A DNA stretch of 20,000 bases from NCBI RefSeq assembly GCF_000281045.1, contig NW_008246109.1, positions 459,486 through 479,485 of the forward strand, in the 5' to 3' direction. This DNA comes from Saprolegnia diclina VS20. Lineage: Eukaryota. The notes beneath the pieces were generated by a model, which ran no database searches, was not told the origin of the DNA, and was given only the letters and a program-made list of their open reading frames with translations. The position numbers and the translations under genes are program-made. Positions 1 to 9,100 of this stretch are shown here, piece by piece; the stretch's first letter is position 1, and the number at the start of each line of letters is the position of its first letter.

Positions 1-466
1 ATTCCGGGGTTCGAAGTGGATGACTCGACCCACTCACATGCACTCACTCAATGAGGTGCCTGAGTGAATAGCGATTCACTTCCAGTGAATCTACTCGTGT
101 TTGTAGGAAACGCGACTCAACTGGTATTCACTCACCATCCAGCCGCTGGACAAAAATGAAGCTTGCTCGAAGCGACGTTGTCGGCGCGTGGCAGGGCGCT
201 TCAGCGAAGGTGACGTCGAGCTGCCGGTGAAAGTGGCTGCGCTGCGCCGAGCTTGGGATTGCCATGGCTGCCCGCCATTGTGCCACGAGCATCGGGACTT
301 GGTCGCTTCCGGCTGCAACCTTGGAAATTTAAAAAAAGTGCGAAGGGATTGCATACAAACACCAAGTATCATTTCGGTTGGTCATTAATATTAGCTCTGA
401 TCATTTTATTGTCACTAAGTTTGATAATTGTATGCCTATTTTTACTTTTCTAAAAATGCGTGCGTG

Positions 467-480
467 GCATTCCGATTTTC
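467..480 (+). promoter_or_regulatory. Oomycete Inr/FPR-like core promoter element of the PX-domain gene
   Basis: GCATTCCGATTTTC resembles the oomycete Inr (YCAYTYY) plus FPR (MWTTTNC) motif. It follows an AT-rich tract and ends 17 nt before ATG 498. Confidence 0.5.
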
Positions 481-497
481 ACCAAGATCTGGCTGGC

Positions 498-1397
498 ATG
501 GCATCGTCGCGGTCCCTGCCATCGATGGACGCGCGGCCACCTCTGGGCGCCAAGGTCGGCGAAGCGCACCGACCGGCCATCGACATCATCGCCACGTACA
601 TGAACTCGTCGGACAACCGGCTCAACGCCAAGGCCGACAGCACGCGGTCCGTGCATGGCTCTGGTGATCTCAAGCGACCGTCGTCGCAAGCGCAGAGCCG
701 CGACAGCAGCGCTGAGTGGGGCTGGTTTCACGACATCGACAGCAGCGTCGAGTCGATGGGCGACAACTCGATGATGGGCATGCCCCGGCGGCGGTTCAGC
801 GGCGGCGACTCTGGAGGCCACATCATTCACGACGAGCAGCAGAGCTTGAGCCGCATGACAGCGCTCAAGACGTTTCCAAACGATGGCAAGGTGCTCACGG
901 CCGCTGTATCCATTCCCAAGTTCCGCATCGTACAGAACCGCGCCGGCGCCGACCGCCACGCCGAGTACCTCGTGACGTTCAAGCTCGGGCGCGAGTACCA
1001 CACTGACTGGCGGCGCTACTCGGAGTTTGAAGGTATCGTCAAGAAGCTCGACATGGGGCTGTACCCGCGGGCGAGCGTCGCGTGGCGCGCCGTTGACAAC
1101 CGCTGGTTCAACCGGCTCGAGCCGAGCTATCTGCACAAAAAGTGCATTGCGCTCGAGGTGTTTCTTCGGGACCTCATGTACGAGCTCCTCGAGCCCGACG
1201 TCTTTATCGACTTCCTCGGCAGTCGCGTCAACTCGCGCCCGTCCGACGCCTCAGCCGAGCGCGCCGCCGCCCAGCTGCCCAAGGAGCTACGTCCGCCCCA
1301 GCCCCAGGAAGAGCGCGAGCTCTTTGAGAAGCTCTGGGCCGAAAACTTCAAGCGGTCGGCCGTCAACTACACAGAACCAGTCGTCGCCGACGGCTGA
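498..1397 (+). CDS. PX (phox homology) domain protein, single exon, 299 aa
   Basis: GC3-rich ORF. The C-terminal half has the PX pattern SIPKFRIV...HAEYLVTF...WRRYSEFEGI...LEVFLRDL...FIDFLG, after a Ser-rich low-complexity N-terminus. ATG 498 is preferred over 456 because the Inr-like motif lies between them. Confidence 0.8.
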   Translation: MASSRSLPSMDARPPLGAKVGEAHRPAIDIIATYMNSSDNRLNAKADSTRSVHGSGDLKRPSSQAQSRDSSAEWGWFHDIDSSVESMGDNSMMGMPRRRFSGGDSGGHIIHDEQQSLSRMTALKTFPNDGKVLTAAVSIPKFRIVQNRAGADRHAEYLVTFKLGREYHTDWRRYSEFEGIVKKLDMGLYPRASVAWRAVDNRWFNRLEPSYLHKKCIALEVFLRDLMYELLEPDVFIDFLGSRVNSRPSDASAERAAAQLPKELRPPQPQEERELFEKLWAENFKRSAVNYTEPVVADG

Positions 1398-2076
1398 CTT
1401 ATTTACACATAACACTATTACGAGTGCAGCTATAACTCGCAACGTTGTCCCACGCCCATGGCCTTGACAGGCACCCAGTAGCACGCACCTGCGCGGCAAG
1501 TAGCCACCATCCCCGAGCCTCCTCGGGCCGCAAAGCTCCGGCAAAATACTTCAGTGTGAATGCACATATACAACAGCAAAGGCGCGTGCTGCAGCTGCTA
1601 GCGTCTCGGCTTGGTCAGCTGCTGGCCATTGCTCATCCTAGGAAGCGGTCGCCACCCTGGCGTCAAGGTCGCGCTGCTGAATTGTGCTGCTGATCGTGGC
1701 TGTTTGCACCCAAGGACCCGAGCGGGGTTACTCACGGCCAAGGTGTCAAGCGGCCCACTCTACCTCCGCCCACGTGGAAGCCGCGTCCACATCAAGGCGG
1801 AGCCACATCGTGCCACATCACGGCGATGCGATCTTTGCGCGTCCGCAGCTTCCGCAGCTGGTTCGGCGCCAAAGAACTGCAAGGCCATTGGTCAAAACAC
1901 TTGGCGTTTTTCTGATTGGTCGTTCTAAAATAGCACGACCACCCATCTTTAATAGAAAAGATTCAATTCGATTGTAATCTATCTATGAAGGAAGACGAAA
2001 TACGAATAAAAATCCTTTTTATTCATGACCGACCGCCGTTTGCAGGTCACGACGCGCCAGTTTGGATTTGGCGGCG

Positions 2077-2415
2077 ATGACGGCAACGTGGTGTCTCCGC
2101 ATGATGGTGCTCAGCGCGCTCGTGGCGGTCGCCGCTGCCGACAACCGGTACGAGGCTGACGGCACGCCGTCGATGCAGCTCGTCGTTCTTGGCCTGCCTG
2201 TCTGGGCGTGGATCCTCATCGGCTGCGTCCTCTTGGCCGGCGCCGGCTACGGCCTCTATCGCCACCTCGAGAAGAAGATGGCAGCGGAAGACGCTGCGCT
2301 TCCTATCGTCTATATTGAAGCCAAGACGACAAAGGCCTCGCCGGCCATCGTGCTCACCGACGCCGCATCCGTCGCGCTCGCGCAGCCTGCGCCGCCGCCC
2401 CACGTCGTCGTCTAA
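2077..2415 (+). CDS. Small type I membrane protein, 112 aa (signal peptide, very short ectodomain, one TM helix)
   Basis: GC3-rich ORF. Hydrophobic leader MMVLSALVAVAAA|DN, TM segment LPVWAWILIGCVLLAGAGYGLY followed by basic RHLEKK, then an Ala/Pro-rich tail. Confidence 0.75.
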   Translation: MTATWCLRMMVLSALVAVAAADNRYEADGTPSMQLVVLGLPVWAWILIGCVLLAGAGYGLYRHLEKKMAAEDAALPIVYIEAKTTKASPAIVLTDAASVALAQPAPPPHVVV

Positions 2416-2649
2416 GCATCCAACACGACTCTATTTATGCTCATGTTGTCGGGCAGCGCTATCGTCACAGTGCTCTCCTGCAGGCAACGCTACTGGCTCA
2501 TGTACCTGCTTCTTGTCCTCGGTCATGGACAGGCCAGCGAATCCGCACCAACTCATGCAGATCAACATCGCAGCGCATGCTAAGCAGCATGACATGTAAA
2601 TATTATCCATTAGCTCGGACGGTACGCTACGCATCTTCCTCATGTGGCA

Positions 2650-3339
2650 TTAGGCCTTGATGGGCCCTGCGATCGAGACAAAGTCGTCAAAGGTCTCGTG
2701 CTTGGCGGAAGGCCGCGGCGGAACCTGTCGGCGCGCGACGTCAAGTGCTGCTAGCAGGAGACGCGACTGTGCGCCATCGAGAGGTGTGAGCCGGGGCAGC
2801 GACTTGCGTATCTGTAGGCTTGCGCTGTCAAGAACCCCGCGCGCTGTGTCGTGAAGCTCTTCGGCAGTCCAGCGGGCAGCCATGGCCAACGCGCGGGCGG
2901 CGCGGATGCGGTGGCGGTCGTGCAGCGTCGGTGACGTGAGCACTTGGTCATCCGGAACGATCTCAGGGCGCTGGACGACGACAAGCGACCGCATCGAGCG
3001 CCTGCCGCCTGTCCGGAGAATCGTATATTCGACATGGACGTCGAGAAGCAGCTGCAGAAGCTTCTCGGAGGCCGCCGGGAGCACCTCGACCTTGAGGAGG
3101 ACGTCGACGTCGTCGCCGGTTGAGATGGTGGCGATGCGCACGCGGTACTCGGAGTAAGCGTAGATCGTGTCGTAGTCGTGCATGGTCTCCATCTCGATCC
3201 AAACGCTGGGCCCTCCTTCACACTGGAGCCGGACGTCCGCGACCGCTTCGATCGCGTGCATGTGGCAGTTGACGAAGACGACGCCGTCGGCGTCCGCGGC
3301 AACGTGCGCCTGCGACGGGTACGCTCGTAGTTGCAGCAT
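2650..3339 (-). CDS. Hypothetical protein, 229 aa, resembling the regions that flank the vWA domain in RING-vWA/Vwaint-type proteins
   Basis: GC3-rich ORF from MLQLRAYPSQAHVAAD. The middle is beta-rich (VADVRLQ...DVLLKVEV...LLDVHVEY...VVVQRPE) and the end is helical (DRHRIRAARALAMAARWTAEELHDTARGVLDSA). Family resemblance is from memory, not a search. Confidence 0.65.
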   Translation of the reverse strand: MLQLRAYPSQAHVAADADGVVFVNCHMHAIEAVADVRLQCEGGPSVWIEMETMHDYDTIYAYSEYRVRIATISTGDDVDVLLKVEVLPAASEKLLQLLLDVHVEYTILRTGGRRSMRSLVVVQRPEIVPDDQVLTSPTLHDRHRIRAARALAMAARWTAEELHDTARGVLDSASLQIRKSLPRLTPLDGAQSRLLLAALDVARRQVPPRPSAKHETFDDFVSIAGPIKA

Positions 3340-4058
3340 GAATATGAATATGGTTCCGAGAGAAAACGCTGAGTGCTGGACGAGCACCATCACTCACGTT
3401 ACCAGCGCTCCTCGAGAGGTAGACTTGAGCGATGGTGCGGTACTAGTACCGTAGCTATAAGCTCCAGTGCATTAATTGGGACCCTTTGGCGCAGAGAGGC
3501 CAGCCGGATGTCCCCATCAGACACGTTGTGGGAGGTGCATGGCGGCAACACTTGGTATTTAGTTTAGTGTGAGGTACTTTCCACTGGTCGATTCGCCCAT
3601 TTCGGAAATCTAGGTAAGCTTACTTGATTTGTGGGCCTCTGGCGGATCGGAATCTGTTGTAACATTTCCAGCGGCCAAGTCTGGGACAACCGAAACAGCT
3701 CAATACCACCTTTCAACAAGTGTAGTTCGGTGTTGTGGCCATAGAGCGATCCACTGTGGACATATTTCCCAGCAATGACAATAACACTATTTTTGTATAC
3801 TCTTCGCGTTTCAATAGCTGCTCTATCGCAAGAGAAATCTCGTCGTGAAAATACACATTTCTCGTGGTGTCAACATTTAAAACGCGGATATCTCGAGCTC
3901 CAGGTCTCGAACGAAGGCGCTACAGCGCATTTCGTCATCTCCAAAACATACTGTGCCGACCTGCCAAGTTTCAGTCATCTCGATTTCAAAGTCGATCTGG
4001 CCTCCTCGCGGCCTCGCGATCGTCGCGCTGCGCCATCGCTCACTGATACTTGTCGCGG

Positions 4059-4253
4059 ATTGGCTCAAAATACATGATATATGGCCAATCCAATCGGTCG
4101 TTCGAGTATCAATCCATCATACCAGGGGTTTAAAACAGCTCAGTTTTTCACGTATCCCATTGGCTGAAATAGGAAAGAAACATCGCGGGTGCGCTTTTCC
4201 GAAAATCCCGGTGCGGCTTTCGTCCGATTGGTTCAAGTCCAATCCAGCATTGG
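4059..4253. promoter_or_regulatory. CCAAT-box cluster upstream of PUS10
   Basis: ATTGG or CCAAT at 4059, 4085, 4090, 4159, 4227, 4239 and 4249, all within 200 nt of ATG 4255. Confidence 0.55.
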
Positions 4254-4254
4254 G

Positions 4255-6133
4255 ATGGAGTCCAGCAACCCAGCTCTTCTGGCCGCGCTTCCTGCCGACG
4301 GCGCCGTCGCCCAAGCGCTCTTCATGGCCCATGGCACTGGGCTATGCGTCCGCTGCTGCATGCGCTTCGCCGGCGTCAGCGACGAGAAGCTCTACCGGTA
4401 CGAGCGCCCATCGCTGTCCTCGCTGACAAATCTCTCTCTGCCAGGCGTCCCACCGCCGAGCTTGCAGCCACGTGGGCAGCCTATGCGGCGCAGCATGCGC
4501 AAGTCGACCTTGCCGCTTCCGAAGACGCGGCCAACTGCACGGTCTGCCTCAACATCTTTGAAGGCCTTTTGTCGCCGGAAGGCCTGGCGATGGTCGAGGC
4601 CAGCGTCCGCGACAGCGGCTACACGACGACAACGTTCCTCATTGCCATCAAGATCCCGAGCTCGGTGCTCATCCGCCAGCATGCGCTTCTGCAGTACCTC
4701 AAGACGAAGCTCCACCCTGTCGACTTGAAGGAAGTGCTCAAGGTATCATCTCTCCATGCGCTCGATACCTCGATTGACGACAAATGCGACTAGTGGTGCA
4801 TTACGCCCGTCTTTGCGTCCTTCTTGGGCGACGCGACGTACGACGCATCGAGCGATCTCACGGTGAACCTGCAGTTTGGCCACCCGCTCTCGGAAGCCGA
4901 GGCGATGCAGCTGCCGTCGCTCCGCGTCCGTCACCGCCATTCCACGTCCTATCCTCATAAGACGGTATACTGTAGGACACGATCATGCAAAACAAGAAGC
5001 GCAAGCTCGAGATCGACGGCTTTGGCGCCGTCTCCCGCGCGCTCTACAACCTCCACGTGCTGCCGGCGGGCGTCCCGAGCCCGCCGACTCGCACCCAGTC
5101 GGCTGCGTCCATCACGGTCTCGGTCGAGCGGGCGCCAGTCTACGTCGCGGGTCGGTACCTCAAGTTTATGCGCGGTCTGAGCCAAACGCCCTGGTATGTC
5201 CCATCTTGTCCATGTCTTGGTCACTCAGATATGGATGTAGGGTCCTCGATGGCGAGCGTATGGGCGACTCGTCGGTCGAAGAGGCGATTGGCGAAATCAT
5301 TGCGCCCATGTTTGGCACCAAGTCGTACAAGTTCCACACTGCCGGTCGCGAAGACGTGGACGTGCGCATGCTCGGGAACGGTCGGCCGTTCATCCTCGAG
5401 CTCCTCGGTACTACTTGCGTCCTTGCTGAGTCGATCTTATTTTTTTTATGGTTCTAGACGCCAAGGTGGCGACGCTGGCGGCCGATATGTACGCTACGGC
5501 CCAGGACCAAGTCAACGCTGCCAACGTCGACATTGTCGAGATCCGCGAACTCACGTCGGCGACTAAGGTGCGCCGTCCTGATGATACCGCATCTGGTAGC
5601 ATAAGTATTTAGGAGGGCTTTGCCGCGCTGCAGTCGGGCGCCGACTCGAAGCGCAAGACGTACTGGTACGCATTCTATCTACTGTCGCCCACGGTAATCT
5701 CATAGTAAGCGAGTAGCTGCGTTGTCTGGACGTCCGGCGTGCTCACGCCCGAGCGCGTCGCGCTTCTCAACGGAATTTCCGACTTGCGCGTCGGCCAGAA
5801 GACGCCCGTGCGCGTGCTCCACCGACGCACGCTCCTGACGCGCCCCAAGGTCATCCACGACGCCAGCGTCGAGGTTCTGAACGACCACTACATGCTCCTC
5901 CGCCTCACCACGTCCGCGGGCACGTACGTCAAGGAGTTTGTGCACGGCGACCTCGGCCGCACGCACCCCAACGTCGCCTCGCTCCTCGTACCTCCGATGA
6001 TGCAATAAGATCTGATTGGCTCATCACACAATGGTACTAGGGCTGCGACGCGGACATTTTGCAACTGGACGTGGAAAACCTCATTGACGGCCAGCCTGGT
6101 GACGACGCCGACGTCGACATGGACGACGAATAG
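4255..6133 (+). CDS. PUS10: tRNA pseudouridine synthase Pus10, 494 aa. Exons 4255-4397, 4445-4742, 4794-4925, 4976-5193, 5241-5407, 5458-5567, 5613-5665, 5717-5987, 6041-6133
   Basis: The spliced frame is continuous through 8 GT-AG introns. Motifs: CVRC and CTVC zinc ligands, GRYLKFMRGLSQTPW, catalytic FHTAGREDVDVRMLGNGRPF, QKTPVRVLHRR, SAGTYVKEFVHGDLGRTHP, DILQLDV. Confidence 0.95.
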
Positions 6134-6155
6134 ATGGCTTTATACTATCAATCTA

Positions 6156-9100
6156 TCAAGGCTGTGCATCGAGTGGCGCCAAACTTGCGTACTGGGCTTC
6201 GTCCCAGAGATCCCCAATCTCTTCCAGAAGGGACTCGAGCCCCTTGGCGCGCTTCTTGACCTTTGGCTCGGATGGTCTCTCGGTCGGTGGCGGCGCGAGA
6301 AGGCTCGTTGCCGTCGGGTTGCCGACGACGGCGGCCGCCATCGCCTCCTTGAAGCGCTGGCACGACATGACGTCGGCCTCGACCGTGTCCTTGGCCAGCA
6401 GTCGGTACACGGTGACCGTCCGCGTCTGTCCGAGGCGGTGCGCGCGGTCCATGGCTTGCAGGTCCGTGAACGGGTTCCACGAGTGCTCGAGGAAGAAGAC
6501 CGTGTCGGCGCCCGTGAGCGTGAGGCCGAGACCGCCCACGGCTGTCGTCAGCAATAGCGCGTGGACGCTCGCGTCCGTATTGAAGCGATCGACGATCGCT
6601 TGGCTACAAAAATCTCCACACGTCAACCACTGCAACGAGGGATATGGAGCGTACCGCTGGGGCACCGGCACACTGCCGTCGAGCCGGTCGACGCCAATCT
6701 CGGCGCAGTTGGCCGAGAGCATGTCGGCAACTAGGTCGACGGTCGCCTGCAGGTGGCAGAAAATGAGGAACCGGTGGCCGTCGCCGACGTGCGTCTCGAG
6801 GAGGTCTTTGAGCGCGAGGAACTTGCCCGAGAGCTCGATGCTTGTGTCGCCGCCGTGGAGCAGCGCCGGGTGCACGCAGAGCTTTTGCAGTTGGCTAAGC
6901 TGCTGGAGGCTGTGCGTGCTGCGGTTGGCGCAGGCGTCGTACAGCGCTTTTTGGGCCTCGGGCAGGTCACAGAGTACGTCCTGAATGATTTTCGGAGGCA
7001 GCTCTGTGAGCACGTGCTCCTTCGTGCGTCGTAAAATGAACGGCTGCACGCGCGCATGGAGCTGCGTGAGCGCGAGCGCGCCGGCCTCCTACGCGCCTTG
7101 AGAATGCCTGCTGCATTGTCTTCTTACCTTTTGGGCGTTGGTGGCCGACTCTTTGCGCGACGCTTGGATCGGCAGCAGCGTCGCCTGGCGAAACTCGGGC
7201 CAGAGACCGAGGTACCCCGGCAAGACAAACTCAAAGAGCGACCAGACGTCGACGACGGTGTTCTGAAGCGGTGTGCCCGTCACTGCAATGCGGTGCGTCG
7301 CTCGAACGCTCCGGAGCGCCTCGGCCGTCTGGCTCGTCGGGTTCCGGATGACGTGCGCTTCGTCCGCCACGCAGTAGTCGAACGACGTGGTTTGATACAG
7401 CTCCATGTCGCGCTGGAGACACGTGTACGTGGTGAGCACGATGACGTTGTCTCGCCACTCGCCGCGCTTCAAATACGGTGTGGCCAGCGCTCTTCGCGCC
7501 GCGCTCGACCCTGTGAGCACGACAACGACCGGGTCGTGGAAGAGCCGACGCGCCTCCCGCTTCCAGTGTTCGAGGATCGCCGGCGGCGCCACGATGAGCA
7601 GCCGCAGAGACCGACGCTGCATCACGACAGCGATGGACGCGAGGACCTGCAGCGTCTTGCCGAGTCCCATGTCGTCGGCCAGCACCGCGTGGAGACCGTG
7701 CGTCGCCAGAAAGGCCAGCCATTGAATACCGTGGACCTGGTACGACCGCCACACGAGGCCGTGCAGCGTCGGCAGTACGCACTCGGGCGGTGTGCCACGC
7801 GCCAACTGCTGCAAAAACACTGCCGACGGGTCCGACGACGACGACGGGAGGAGCGCGAGGAGCGGAATGAGCTGCGCCAAGACGCTGGCAGCTTCGCGCG
7901 ACGCGCGGTTGCACAAGATGCGCAGGGCCGTCGCCACCATCCGCGCCAAGTACGGTACCACCTGCGTCGGCGTTGCCGCGAGCGCCACGATGAGCGCGAG
8001 TGCGGCGTCCGGCGAATCGGGCTGCAGCACAGCATCGAGGACTTGGTCGTGGACGTCAGTGGCGAGCACGGCCGCTACTAGCGCGTGCGTGTCTGCCGCC
8101 CAGCTGCCGGTGGTGGCCCACGCACACAGAATAGGTCGCAGCTGCGGCGACGTGCGACCCGCGACGGCCAGCAGCCGGCAGAGTCCTTGAAGCTGCTTGT
8201 CGCTGCTTGGTGGCGTCACCAGCTCCCGCTCGATCCGGGCGCGCAAGAGCTCCGGAACCATCGGCACGAGGTGGGAGAGCGCAAGGCGGGCGCCGTCAAC
8301 GCGAACGTCCAGTGGCGCTGTCGACGTCGACGGCCCCAGCGTCACGACGTAGGTTGGCGCCGGGTCGACGGCGACAACAGAGTTGCAGAGATTGTTAACG
8401 AGCTTGGTGACGCAGGCGGCGTGCGACGACGCATGGCTCGAGGCAAAGGCGGCGAGCGACATGGCGACGACCGGTGTGACAACCCGCGACGGCTCTTCCT
8501 TGAGCGACTGCATCCACGGACGGACGAGGAGGCCGGGCTTGGACCACTGACGCGACACAAAGACGGCGGACGCTGCGGCTGCAGCAATGCGTCGGGCGAG
8601 TGTCTCGAAGCTCGTTCGGAGCTTATCCTCGAGAGCAAAGATGTCCTGGCGGAGGTACTGGGCGGTGGTGTACGGCTCGGGCGTCGACAGCGATGCGTAC
8701 GGAAGATTGCTGACGGTCGCCGCCAGCGCCAGCACGCGGGCCACCGTCCACGATGACGCGTCATCTTCCGTTTTCACCGGCGAGGCAAAGTGCGAATGGA
8801 GTCGGATGACGAGCTTGCGGAGCTTTTGGAGGTCGGGCATTTGCTCGGCGTAGAGACTTGTGCGCGGCTGCGTCAAGCTCTGAAGCGCCAAGGCACTGCA
8901 CGCGGCGGACATACACGTCCATTTCTCAAGGACCCAGAGACCGCAGAGGACGTGAGTGCCCGTGTCGCTCTCCAAGAGCGCTTGGAGCTCGGACGCGCAC
9001 GTCGTCATACTTGGCGGCAGCGCGTTCAAAACGTCACCAATCGCAGTGCAGAGAACGAGCGTGGTGGCGAGTGATACCCGTCGGGCTGTGATCGGCGCGT

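Noticed and set aside
1..30. GGTTCGAA resembling a tRNA T-loop or B-box
   Set aside because: No complementary T-stem follows, and no cloverleaf can be built from the visible sequence.
60..115. Hammerhead ribozyme candidate (CTGAGTGA...GAAAC)
   Set aside because: The core is not CUGANGA and the helices are not placed as the hammerhead fold requires on either strand.
111..123. 13-mer matching the reverse complement of 19283-19295
   Set aside because: A few 13-mer matches are expected by chance in 20 kb across both strands, and this one does not extend.
2431..2643. Cys-rich 70-aa minus-strand ORF with an intron-like GTACAT...GATAG segment
   Set aside because: It starts a few nt after the upstream gene's stop, has weak codon bias and no room for a promoter. 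More likely 3' UTR.
3438..3451. 14-bp perfect palindrome CGGTACTAGTACCG (also ATCCGGATCCGGAT at 17467-17480)
   Set aside because: One or two such palindromes are expected by chance in 20 kb, and there is no supporting element context.
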